The notes under the pieces: generated by a model
The model's input: the letters and a program-made list of their open reading frames with translations, nothing else
Database searches by the model: none
Told to the model about the DNA's origin: nothing
Position numbers and translations under genes: made by a program
Shown: positions 49,275 through 58,547 of the stretch, in pieces
Numbering within the stretch: the stretch's first letter is position 1
Layout of the letters: every line of letters begins with the position of its first letter
Source of the DNA: Flavobacteriales bacterium
Lineage (GTDB): Bacteria; Bacteroidota; Bacteroidia; Flavobacteriales; Flavobacteriaceae
NCBI GenBank assembly: GCA_038243675.1
Contig: JBBSQV010000001.1
Coordinates: 20,000 to 83,999 of the forward strand
Direction: 5' to 3'
Length of the DNA: 64,000 bases

Positions 49275-49916
49275 ATGAAAAAGTTTTTCTATAAATACTA
49301 CCTTCAAGCGAAAAGAAGAAGATTCATAAAAAATCACAGAAAAATGGGTACCTATATTTCACCGAATGCAATGGGATTTATGAATCTTAGCTTAGAAGGT
49401 CAAAATGCTATTCCAGAAGGATGTTCTTTTTCAGGTAATATACATTTGGGTTATCGAACAACCTTGGGTAGAAATAACTTAATTGCTGGAGATGTACGCA
49501 TAGGTAAATATTGTCAACTCGGGATGAATGTCGCTATTCATGCAACAAACCATCCTATTTCTTTTCTCACTACCTATATTAATTCAAGACTGTTTGATGG
49601 ACTTTCTAATCTAAAATCTCAACATAATATTGTAATAGGGAATGATGTTTGGGTTGGACATGCAGCTATAATACTTGAAGGAACTTCTATTGGCAATGGA
49701 GCTATAATTGCAGCTGGCAGTGTGGTTACAAAGGATGTCGAACCATATACTATCGTTGCGGGGGTTCCAGCGAAAGAAATTCGAAAGCGTTTTTCTGAAA
49801 ATATAATTAACGAGATCGAGCACCTTGAGTGGTGGAATAAAAATGATGAGGAACTACAAAAAATAAAGCCTTTGTTTTTAAAGGATTTCTCAAAAATCAA
49901 TAGTATTTATGAATAA
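49275..49916 (+). CDS. Hexapeptide-repeat O-acetyltransferase (CatB/Vat-like fold)
   Basis: IGKYCQ, NHP, IGNDVWVG, IGNGAIIAAGSVVTKDVEPY, GVPAK, WW. Confidence 0.88.
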   Translation: MKKFFYKYYLQAKRRRFIKNHRKMGTYISPNAMGFMNLSLEGQNAIPEGCSFSGNIHLGYRTTLGRNNLIAGDVRIGKYCQLGMNVAIHATNHPISFLTTYINSRLFDGLSNLKSQHNIVIGNDVWVGHAAIILEGTSIGNGAIIAAGSVVTKDVEPYTIVAGVPAKEIRKRFSENIINEIEHLEWWNKNDEELQKIKPLFLKDFSKINSIYE

Positions 49917-50571
49917 AACTATCGCAATTATCCCAGCCAGAGGAAACTCAAAAAGACTTCCCGGCAAAAATCTTCTTCTACTTGGACAGCTTCCGCTGAT
50001 CGCGCATAGTATTCTTTATGCAAAAGCCAATCTTGAAATTATTGATGATGTTTATGTAACTACCGACTGTGCACAAATAAAAAAAGCCGCTCTTGAATAT
50101 GGGGCGAAAGTAATTGATAGGCCGTCAGAGCTTTCGGGTGAATTAGAACCGACAGTTTCGGCTGTAAAACATGTTCTTCAAAATATCGAAGAGGTAGATT
50201 CAGTTGTTTTGCTACAGCCTACAAATCCACTACGACCACAATCTTTGTTAAAGGACGCTTTTGATCAGTATAATTTGAGCGCAGTGAATTGCTTGTTTAC
50301 TGTGTCCCGTAATTATCAAAAGTTTGGAAAAATTTGTGAGGGACGATATATTCCTTTCAATTATAAATTAGGGCAGAGAAGTCAGGATTTAGAACCGCTT
50401 TATTTTGAAAATGGATTGCTTTATATTTCAAAAGCTAACTTAATCCTTACAGATATTATTTTGAGTGAAGTTGCGATACCATTTGTGGTCGATCATCCTT
50501 TTGCAAATGTCGATATTGATACACAGGAAGATTTTGATTATGCGGAGTATCTTTTAGGAAAAAGCCTTTAG
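49909..50571 (+). CDS. neuA: CMP-nonulosonic acid (CMP-Neu5Ac) synthetase
   Basis: IIPARGNSKRLPGKN, LLQPTNPLR, RSQDL, ENG, DIDT. Confidence 0.93.
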   Translation: MNKTIAIIPARGNSKRLPGKNLLLLGQLPLIAHSILYAKANLEIIDDVYVTTDCAQIKKAALEYGAKVIDRPSELSGELEPTVSAVKHVLQNIEEVDSVVLLQPTNPLRPQSLLKDAFDQYNLSAVNCLFTVSRNYQKFGKICEGRYIPFNYKLGQRSQDLEPLYFENGLLYISKANLILTDIILSEVAIPFVVDHPFANVDIDTQEDFDYAEYLLGKSL

Positions 50572-50628
50572 CTTTAGCTAGCTTTACTAGCAAATACATA
50601 TATATAATATGCAATTAGAAACTAAATA

Positions 50629-51669
50629 ATGAAACCATATATAGAAATAGCCGGCAGAAAAATTGGCGCGGATTATCCCCCTTTGGTGATAGCCGAATTA
50701 GGAATAAATCATGAAGGTTCGCTAGAAATTGCAAAGGAAATGGTGGATGCGGCTGCGAGAGCGGGAGTAGAGATGGTAAAACATCAGACCCATATTGTGG
50801 AAGATGAGATGAGTGCTGCAGCAAAAAAAGTAATTCCAGGCAATGCTGATGTTTCTATTTATGAAATCATGGAACGATGTGCACTTAGTGAAGCCGAAGA
50901 ATGGGAGTTAAAACATTACGTAGAGACTAAGGGAATGATTTTTATTTCAACCCCATTTTCTAGAGCTGCCGCTGAAAGACTGAAAAAATTTGACATTCCT
51001 GCCTACAAGATTGGATCGGGAGAATGTAGTAATTTGCCTTTATTAGAACATATTGCCCAGTTTGGAAAGCCGGTAATTCTTAGTACTGGGATGAATAGTA
51101 TTGAGAGTATAGCGAAAGCAGTTGCCATTTTTGACGCCAAGAATGTTCCAGTTGCACTTTTGCACACGACAAATTTATATCCAACACCAATTCATCTTGT
51201 GCGCTTGGGCGCTATGACGCAGATGCACGAAGCTTTTCCCGCCAAGGTGTTTGGACTTAGCGACCATACTTTAAATAACAATGCTTCGCTGGCAGCAGTG
51301 GCTTTGGGAGCTTCTATAGTGGAGCGACATTTTACAGATTTTATGCAGCGAGTTGGGCCAGACATTATATGCAGTATGGATGAGAATGCTTGCGCAGAAT
51401 TAATTGAAAGCAGCAAAGAAATTTGGCAAATGCGTGGCGGTGTCAAAAAAGCTGCCGATGAAGAGCAGGTAACCATAGATTTCGCCTTTGCCACAGTATG
51501 TAGTATTACTGAAATTAAAAAAGGACAAATGTTAGATATGCAAAATATTTGGGTAAAAAGACCTGGTTCTGGAGCAATCGCGGCCGAACATTTTAATTCG
51601 ATATTGGGAAAAATAGCAACAAGAGATATTGGAAATGACGAGCAATTAAGCTTTGAAGATTTCAAGTAG
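50629..51669 (+). CDS. neuB: N-acetylneuraminate synthase with SAF domain
   Basis: [45 protein letters not shown]. Confidence 0.95.
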   Translation: MKPYIEIAGRKIGADYPPLVIAELGINHEGSLEIAKEMVDAAARAGVEMVKHQTHIVEDEMSAAAKKVIPGNADVSIYEIMERCALSEAEEWELKHYVETKGMIFISTPFSRAAAERLKKFDIPAYKIGSGECSNLPLLEHIAQFGKPVILSTGMNSIESIAKAVAIFDAKNVPVALLHTTNLYPTPIHLVRLGAMTQMHEAFPAKVFGLSDHTLNNNASLAAVALGASIVERHFTDFMQRVGPDIICSMDENACAELIESSKEIWQMRGGVKKAADEEQVTIDFAFATVCSITEIKKGQMLDMQNIWVKRPGSGAIAAEHFNSILGKIATRDIGNDEQLSFEDFK

Positions 51670-51681
51670 CAATCTATTATA

Positions 51682-51723
51682 AAGCCTAAAATTCTCTAAT
51701 AATTATCCGAGAATTTTAGGCTT
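51682..51723. terminator. Hairpin, probable terminator between neuB and the convergent gene
   Basis: Perfect 15-bp stem AAGCCTAAAATTCTC / GAGAATTTTAGGCTT. Confidence 0.7.
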
Positions 51724-51742
51724 CAATAGTTATGTGAGGGTT

Positions 51743-52177
51743 TTATTTTTTATCAAGTAGACTTAATAGTGCTGCTGTTGCAAATGCTCCAGCCATATAG
51801 TAACCTATTGTTAGTGTTTTGGTAGTAAGAGATTTCGCTACGGGAGCATCGTCCAGCCCCATTTTTTTTGGTAGAGCTACCGCGCCCAGTCCTGCTAGGA
51901 ATCCTGAAGATGCTGCACGTTTCCACAAATTTTTTCTGTTGCCAGCGATCAAACTATAGTAAGCAGCGTTACTCAAAAGATCTCCTGCAAGCGTAGAATT
52001 GTATAAAGTATTCTTATTGGTAATTTCTGCGCCTAGAAATGCTGACGTTTTTTGTATGGCTTCTTCGCCTACGAGATCGATACGAGGCATCTTATCATCA
52101 ATATTTTTTAAAGATTCATTCAGAGCAGTTAGCACAATCGCGCCGCCGAGACCAGCAATTAAATGTAAAGTTTTCAT
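51743..52177 (-). CDS. Small hypothetical membrane protein
   Basis: MKTLHLIAGLGGAIVLTALNE..PRIDLVGEEA..GDLLSNAAYY; several hydrophobic helices. Start moved to ATG 52177. Confidence 0.75.
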   Translation of the reverse strand: MKTLHLIAGLGGAIVLTALNESLKNIDDKMPRIDLVGEEAIQKTSAFLGAEITNKNTLYNSTLAGDLLSNAAYYSLIAGNRKNLWKRAASSGFLAGLGAVALPKKMGLDDAPVAKSLTTKTLTIGYYMAGAFATAALLSLLDKK

Positions 52178-52519
52178 AGTATTTGAAATTTGGTGGTTAA
52201 AAAAAACGGACACTATCTTTTTATTCTCATAACAGTACTCTGTGAATAGTATGAGAATTCGAGTTTTACAATAAAACAATTTGATAAATTATTTTATTTC
52301 TATGGTCTAAGATACCTCTGAAGTTGGTCCAAAACAAAACAGAGTCAATTTTTTCTTTGTTTTTGTTTTTACCGAAGTAAAAATTAATTACAAAAGATTT
52401 GCTTGACTCTGAACTATAAAAGTATGGATTACTACTATTACGTGCTTTATAGTTTATTCATGATCTATTATATTATTGTCAGAATCTATTGAGCTATTAA
52501 GATTTATATTGAACAGCAC

Positions 52520-52668
52520 TTTTGCGAGAAGGATGGTAGAGTAAATCCTTTGTTGTGGCGTTGCGGAGCAAACGCTGCAAGAAAGATTGGGAACGGACAG
52601 CCTGACCAAGCCTACGAAAAAATTTCGAGTTTTATCGAAAAACATTGTGGCGCAGGGCTCGCCCAAAT
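52520..52668 (-). ncRNA. Flavo-1-like structured repeat/RNA element, copy 2
   Basis: Minus strand ATTTGGGCGAGCCC-[long hairpin]-GGTCAGGCTGTCCGTTCCCAATCTTT-[hairpin]-AAAGGATTT..CATCCTTCTCGCAAAA; same conserved blocks as 39071-39190. Confidence 0.6.
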
Positions 52669-52808
52669 AAAAAAAAAACTCAATCCTAGATAAAGGGTCT
52701 CCGTGAAAATGAACTAGTATTTAAACATGTTTTGTAAAAATAAAAGCTACCCACATTGCCTCCTACTATTTCATCTAAGTTGGTTTATAAATAGCTCACC
52801 AATTTTCT

Positions 52809-52816
52809 TATATTTG
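52809..52816 (+). promoter_or_regulatory. Bacteroidota -7 promoter box upstream of neuC
   Basis: TATATTTG, 17 nt before ATG 52834. Confidence 0.55.
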
Positions 52817-52833
52817 CGTAGCAGCAAAAATCT

Positions 52834-53958
52834 ATGTCAAAAAAAATTCTTTTTCTTAGTGGTACACGTGCAGACTTTGGCAAAATTAAATCATTAATTG
52901 AAAGTGTAGAAAATGACCCTGATTTTCAGGCATTGCTATTCGTTACCGGAATGCATCTCCAAGAAAAGTACGGCTATACAGTATTGGAAGTGGAGCGATG
53001 TGGCTTTTCGAATATTTTTACTTTCGAAAATTACACCGACGAAACCACCATGGATTTAACTCTTGCCAAGACTATTCAAGGACTTTCCAATTATGTAAAG
53101 GACTGCCAACCCGATATGATTGTTATTCACGGCGATCGAGTAGAAGCTCTTGCCGGCGCAATTGTAGGGTCGCTTAATAATATTCTCGTGGCACACATAG
53201 AAGGCGGCGAGGTCTCAGGTACTATTGACGAATTAATTAGACATTCGACCTCAAAAATGAGTCATATTCACTTTGTATCAAATGATGATGCTCGGAAAAG
53301 ACTTGTTCAGATGGGCGAAATAAATGAAGCTATTATGACTATTGGATCTCCAGATGTGGATATAATGTTTTCTGACACTTTACCAACATTAAGTGTAGCG
53401 AAAGAATATTATGATATTAATTTTAAAAAATATGCTATTGTAATGTTTCATCCGGTTACTACCGAAGCAGACGAGATGCAAAAGTACGCTGAAGATTTTG
53501 TTGAAGCGTTGCTGCTAGATGATAAAAATTATGTAGTAATCTATCCTAATAATGATCTGGGTAGTTCTTTAATTTTAGAAGCCTACGAACAATTAAAAGG
53601 TAGTTCGCGCTTTAAGATTTTTCCATCACTCCGATTTGAATATTTTTTGACTTTATTAAAAAACGCTGAATTCATAATAGGCAATAGTAGCGCAGGCATT
53701 AGAGAAGCACCTTATTATGGCATTCCGATCATTAATATTGGTAGCAGGCAAAATAATCGGGCTGTACATCCAAGTATTCAAAACGTGGACTATAAGACAT
53801 ATTTGATCTACGAAGCTTTACAACAAGAGATGGTAAAGACTACTGAGCTTCAAAATGATACATTTGGTACAGGAGATTCTGCCAAAGCTTTTTTAGAGGC
53901 ATTGAAGGATGATGATCTTTGGAAGGTAAATCATCAGAAACAGTTTCGAGATATTTAA
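52834..53958 (+). CDS. neuC: Hydrolysing UDP-GlcNAc 2-epimerase
   Basis: GTRADFG, TGMH, HGDRVE, HIEGGE, FHPVT, GNSSAG, GSRQ. Confidence 0.95.
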   Translation: MSKKILFLSGTRADFGKIKSLIESVENDPDFQALLFVTGMHLQEKYGYTVLEVERCGFSNIFTFENYTDETTMDLTLAKTIQGLSNYVKDCQPDMIVIHGDRVEALAGAIVGSLNNILVAHIEGGEVSGTIDELIRHSTSKMSHIHFVSNDDARKRLVQMGEINEAIMTIGSPDVDIMFSDTLPTLSVAKEYYDINFKKYAIVMFHPVTTEADEMQKYAEDFVEALLLDDKNYVVIYPNNDLGSSLILEAYEQLKGSSRFKIFPSLRFEYFLTLLKNAEFIIGNSSAGIREAPYYGIPIINIGSRQNNRAVHPSIQNVDYKTYLIYEALQQEMVKTTELQNDTFGTGDSAKAFLEALKDDDLWKVNHQKQFRDI

Positions 53959-53968
53959 ATTTACAGTA

Positions 53969-55342
53969 GTGTCAAAGAGAAGAGTGGTCTTAATTTTTCC
54001 TGACGGTGTGGGTATTAGAAATTATTTATATTCAGATGTTTTTAAAAACACCGATGCTGAATTAGTAGTTTTACACAACTTTGATGAAGCCACTGAACTA
54101 CTTCTTTCAGAATTGACAACTATAAATCAATTCATAAAATTACCTACATATCAGGAATCATTTAATGAAAAATTTTTAAGAGAGCTTATCTGTTTATGTA
54201 GATTAAAATATAACGCTGAGAAAGTTCAGAACTCTAACATTTTGACAAATTGGAGAACCGATTACAAGGACTTGGCCAAAAAAGTTTTTTATAAATTGAT
54301 CGCAAAAATTTCAAGTAGAGTTACTGATTATAATAGTATTATTAAGTTTGAACAAGCATATCAAAGATCATTGCGAAAAAATGGTTTTTATAATCAAATA
54401 GATAGTTTAATCAGTAGCCTAAAACCTGACCTGGTTTTCTGCGCACATCAACGTGGTATACAATGCGCTACGGTTTTTGCAGTTGCGAAGGACAGAAATA
54501 TACCATCGAGCACCGTTATATTTTCATGGGACAATTTGCCCAAAGCTCGACTAGCTCTGCAAGCGGATACATATCTAGTATGGTCAGATTATATGAAAGA
54601 AGAGATTAAAATTTATTACCCAGAAATTCCCGCAGATAGAGTTGTAGTTACGGGTACACCTCAGTTTGAATTCTACAATAATGCTGAGAACATTATTGCA
54701 AAAGAAGATTTTTTCAAGAAATATAATTTAGATCATGACAAAAAAATTATATGTTTTTCAGGTGATGATATAAAGACATCTCCAGACGATCCGAAATATT
54801 TATATGATTTAGCTTCTGAACTGATCAAAAATGATATGCAGAATGACTATCAAATTTTGCTTCGAAGATGTCCAGTTGATATTTCAGATCGTTTTCATCA
54901 AGTTGTTAATCAATTTCCGGATCTCATAAAAGAAGCAGCGCCAATCTGGTATTTTTATTCCGAAAGCTCTTGGTCAACAATCTTTGCATTGCCGGAAGAT
55001 GTCTGCCTTTTGGTTTCAACTGTTTACTATTCTGACATTGTAATTAATGTTGGTTCGACGATGGTTTTTGACTTTGCAATGTTCAAAAAACCATGTATTT
55101 TTATCGCTTATAATCAAGAAGTGAAAGCTGATCAAAGCTGGTCAGTAGATATCATTTATAGCTTTCAACATTTTCGAAGCATGCCGAATGATTCAGCAGT
55201 ACTATGGTGGAAAAAGAAAGATGAGATTAGCAATTTAATCAAATTGGCAGAATATAATCAATACACCGATATTTGGACCGACAGAATTTTAGGTGACTAC
55301 AGACACAGTTCTCAAAGAATAAATAATGCTCTAAAACTATAA
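53969..55342 (+). CDS. GT-B-like transferase, candidate sialyl/nonulosonyl transferase
   Basis: IFSWDNLPK, LVWS, VTGTPQFEFY, LRRCP, GSTMVFD; 10 nt downstream of neuC; GTG start. Confidence 0.5.
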   Translation: MSKRRVVLIFPDGVGIRNYLYSDVFKNTDAELVVLHNFDEATELLLSELTTINQFIKLPTYQESFNEKFLRELICLCRLKYNAEKVQNSNILTNWRTDYKDLAKKVFYKLIAKISSRVTDYNSIIKFEQAYQRSLRKNGFYNQIDSLISSLKPDLVFCAHQRGIQCATVFAVAKDRNIPSSTVIFSWDNLPKARLALQADTYLVWSDYMKEEIKIYYPEIPADRVVVTGTPQFEFYNNAENIIAKEDFFKKYNLDHDKKIICFSGDDIKTSPDDPKYLYDLASELIKNDMQNDYQILLRRCPVDISDRFHQVVNQFPDLIKEAAPIWYFYSESSWSTIFALPEDVCLLVSTVYYSDIVINVGSTMVFDFAMFKKPCIFIAYNQEVKADQSWSVDIIYSFQHFRSMPNDSAVLWWKKKDEISNLIKLAEYNQYTDIWTDRILGDYRHSSQRINNALKL

Positions 55343-55344
55343 TT

Positions 55345-56484
55345 ATGCATATTTGTTTTCTTTGTAATGAATATCCAAAAGAAGGGTTTCCACACGGTGG
55401 TTTCGGAACATTCGTTAAAACAATTGCCTTGCAATTAGTAAAAAAAGGAGTTACCGTTAGTGTTGTAGGACAGAATTACCAAGATACTTATCAGGAGGAA
55501 GTTGAAAATGGTGTTGCTGTTTTTAGAATCAAAAAGCATGACGTAAAAGGCCTTTCCTGGTTTTTTAATTCTAGAGATATTAATCGATGTTTGACGAAGA
55601 TTCATCAAAGATCTCCAATCAATATTATTGAATCATCTGAACTAGGCTTAGCTTTTATTCGTAAACGACCAGATATAAAATACATAATCAGACTTCATGG
55701 TGGTCATCATTTTTTTGCAGAAGCAGAAAAGCGTGTAATTAATAAATGGAAAGGTTTTCAGGAAAAAAGATCTTTCAGAAAAGCTGATGCATTTATCGCA
55801 ATTACTGAGTATGTAAAAAATCATACAGAAAAATATTTATCCTATCATGGGAAGTTAGTTACAGTAATTCCTAATCCAATTGATACAGAAATTTTTAAAC
55901 CAAGTAACGCGGTTAAACAAGTATCCTATCGAATTGTTTTCGTTGGAACAGTTTGTGAGAAAAAAGGTGTGCGAGAACTTATTGAGGCTTTCCAGATAGT
56001 TAGACTTAATTATATAGATTCGCAACTTAAAATATATGGTCGTGACTGGCATTATCCTGATGGTAAATCTTATATTGAGCAATTAAAGAAGGACTTTTCA
56101 TTTTTACAATTTGATAAAGTGCGATTTATGGGAGCGGTCTCCCATTCCGCTTTACCCGAAATTTACCAATCGGCAAATGTTTGCGTATTTCCGTCACATA
56201 TTGAAACTCAAGGATTAGTTGCTCCAGAAGCGATGGCGATGGAAAAAGTAGTTGTTTTTTCCAATACTGGTCCAGGTTCAGAAACAATAATTGACGGAGA
56301 AACAGGGTTTTTGGTTGATCCTTATGATTCGGCAGCTATTGCCAAAAAAATAATTTGGTGCTTTAAGAATTTAGATCAAGCAGAAAAAATAGGTAAACAA
56401 GCAAGAGTGTCTGTAGTAGAAAAGTATGATGTCGAGAAGATATTGAAGAAAAATTTGGAGTTTTTTCAAGATCTAGGTAATTAA
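55345..56484 (+). CDS. GT4 glycosyltransferase
   Basis: HGGFGT, RLHG, KKG, FPSHIETQGLVAPEAM. Confidence 0.92.
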   Translation: MHICFLCNEYPKEGFPHGGFGTFVKTIALQLVKKGVTVSVVGQNYQDTYQEEVENGVAVFRIKKHDVKGLSWFFNSRDINRCLTKIHQRSPINIIESSELGLAFIRKRPDIKYIIRLHGGHHFFAEAEKRVINKWKGFQEKRSFRKADAFIAITEYVKNHTEKYLSYHGKLVTVIPNPIDTEIFKPSNAVKQVSYRIVFVGTVCEKKGVRELIEAFQIVRLNYIDSQLKIYGRDWHYPDGKSYIEQLKKDFSFLQFDKVRFMGAVSHSALPEIYQSANVCVFPSHIETQGLVAPEAMAMEKVVVFSNTGPGSETIIDGETGFLVDPYDSAAIAKKIIWCFKNLDQAEKIGKQARVSVVEKYDVEKILKKNLEFFQDLGN

Positions 56485-56556
56485 AGGATTTATGATTCAA
56501 TATTTGAATCTAAATAAATTCTATCATAACGCTGTAAATTTTTCTGTAGTAATTAA

Positions 56557-57630
56557 ATGAGAAATGTATTCTTAACTTTTTCGATTTCAAATTCCGCTGT
56601 AACAGAATATTTTCTGCAGCTCAGCAATGCACTTGCGAAAGAGTTTTCAGTAATAATCATCACAGACAGGATTGCTCCTCATCCATTTTATATAGATCCT
56701 TTAATAATCATTTATAAGTGGCCATCTTCAAGACCCACAAAATTAAGAGATCTTTATTTTATACTTAAATTGATGATTCGCCATAAACCTGAACTCACTA
56801 TTTCGCTATTCGGTTCAGTGAATATGGTTGTAATCGCAGGTTTTATTATGAGAATTCCTAATCGTATCGCTTGGGCTAGAACTTTAAGCTCACAATTTGA
56901 ACAAAATAGCTTTAATGTGGTTCGAAAGAAGATTATCTATAAGATGGCGAGTATGATAGTAGTAAACTCTTCTGCTACTAAACTTGATACGATAAAGGTC
57001 TTTGATGTAGCTGTTGATAAGATTAAAGTTTTGCCAAATGCAGTTGTTAATTATTTTAATGATTTTTCAGATATAGCTAAAAATTCTAATAAAATAATCT
57101 ATGCAGGTAGGTTACACTCATCAAAGGGTGTGGATGTCCTGATAAAAGCCTTCAATATTCTACATGTTTCTTATCCAAAACTTTTCTTAGACATTTTAGG
57201 AAATGGTCCAATACAAAGTGATTTGGAGTTACTGCCTTCGAAAACTGCTTCTAAAAACATTAATTTTAAAGGTAAATTTTTAAAAATGGAAGTACTTAAA
57301 GCATTTCGCGAAAGCTTTTGTGTAATTATCCCAAGTAACTCTGAGGCCTTTGGATTTACAGTTATTGAATCAATGAGCATGAAAACATGTACTATTGGTG
57401 CAGACAATACGGGTATCAAAGAAATTATAAAGCACGGAGAGTCGGGTCTTCTATTTAAAACTGGCGACGCAGTCGATTTAGCCCGTAAGATTGAGAGTGT
57501 CTACGTGAATGTTGATTTTCAGAATCGATTAGCAGAAAAAGGATATGTACGATATAAAAAATTTTATTCAACAGATGTAGCGATTGCTCGAGATTATGAA
57601 TTTTTTAAAAATTTATTATGCAAAGAGTGA
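56557..57630 (+). CDS. GT4 glycosyltransferase
   Basis: GRLHSSKG, PSNSEAFGFTVIESM. Confidence 0.92.
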   Translation: MRNVFLTFSISNSAVTEYFLQLSNALAKEFSVIIITDRIAPHPFYIDPLIIIYKWPSSRPTKLRDLYFILKLMIRHKPELTISLFGSVNMVVIAGFIMRIPNRIAWARTLSSQFEQNSFNVVRKKIIYKMASMIVVNSSATKLDTIKVFDVAVDKIKVLPNAVVNYFNDFSDIAKNSNKIIYAGRLHSSKGVDVLIKAFNILHVSYPKLFLDILGNGPIQSDLELLPSKTASKNINFKGKFLKMEVLKAFRESFCVIIPSNSEAFGFTVIESMSMKTCTIGADNTGIKEIIKHGESGLLFKTGDAVDLARKIESVYVNVDFQNRLAEKGYVRYKKFYSTDVAIARDYEFFKNLLCKE

Positions 57631-58547
57631 GGTATAAATTAGCGCAAATTTTTTGCAGGGTACTGCCGCCTATTTTGTCGCAAAGTTTTAGAAACATACT
57701 GATAAAACTACCTGAAGGAGTAAATTTAAATAAAGACTTCATTACCAAAAGCTTTACAGGTAGCAATTTTTACGGCAATACGGTCGACTTTCATGCATTT
57801 AAGTTTGCTATTCACGGTTTCTTCGACTGGCGAAATATAGTCATTGCTGAACAGGTTCTTCGTTCTATATCCGGCGGAATTATTGAAGTTGGTGCAAATA
57901 TAGGTACAGAGACAATTTCATACGCAGATGTTGCGCACAGGCACAGACAAAATGTTATTGCATTTGAACCATTACTTTCTAATTTTCGAATTCTTAATAG
58001 TAATATAGAGAAGAACGGATTTACAAATGTGGAGACTGTAAATAGCTTGGTTTCAGATAAAAGTGGACGTGCCAATTTTCAAGTGCCTGCAAGTAATGAT
58101 TCGGGCTCGGGTCATATTACCACAATATCTTCTCCAACTACAATAGCTACTAATGTTACTACTTTAGATGAGTATTGTAAAAACTCCCTCACTGCACTAG
58201 TAGCAATGGATGTTGAAGGATTCGAATATCAAGTTTTACTAGGTTCTAAAAACTTAATTGCAACGCAAAGACCAGTATTTATTGTAGAAGTTAATTTAAA
58301 TTATCTGAATAATCGCGCTAAAGTAACTTTGAGCGAGTTTTATAATTTTTTTATATCGAATAATTATTTATGTTATTATGTAAATAAACTTGGGTTAGAA
58401 TTAGTAGACATAGAAGCTTTTAAAGTTAAAACAAATAAAAATTGGGTTTGTATTCCTGTAGAAAATAGCACGGTAGCACAAAGAATTTCTACATCAATTT
58501 TTCTAAATGGTATTAATCCTATTTTCAAATACTACCATTTCAAATGA
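57618..58547 (+). CDS. FkbM-family methyltransferase
   Basis: EVGANIG, IAFEP, TTLD, MDVEGFE, VEV. Confidence 0.9.
   Translation: MQRVRYKLAQIFCRVLPPILSQSFRNILIKLPEGVNLNKDFITKSFTGSNFYGNTVDFHAFKFAIHGFFDWRNIVIAEQVLRSISGGIIEVGANIGTETISYADVAHRHRQNVIAFEPLLSNFRILNSNIEKNGFTNVETVNSLVSDKSGRANFQVPASNDSGSGHITTISSPTTIATNVTTLDEYCKNSLTALVAMDVEGFEYQVLLGSKNLIATQRPVFIVEVNLNYLNNRAKVTLSEFYNFFISNNYLCYYVNKLGLELVDIEAFKVKTNKNWVCIPVENSTVAQRISTSIFLNGINPIFKYYHFK

Noticed and set aside
49275-49916. Chloramphenicol/streptogramin acetyltransferase resistance gene
   Set aside because: The fold is shared, but overlap with neuA inside a glycan operon favours a sugar O-acetyltransferase.
50564-50592. CTTTAG/CTAG repeats after the neuA TAG as another heptamer array
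   Set aside because: Too short and not in a consistent 7-nt register.
52454-52666. 70-aa minus-strand ORF from the track
   Set aside because: It overlaps the Flavo-1-like element and has no protein-like motifs; likely spurious.
474-58075. Numerous short antisense or alternate-frame ORFs (e.g. 474-746, 26012-26410, 39785-40204, 51192-51665)
   Set aside because: They are shadows of well-supported genes with no recognisable motifs.
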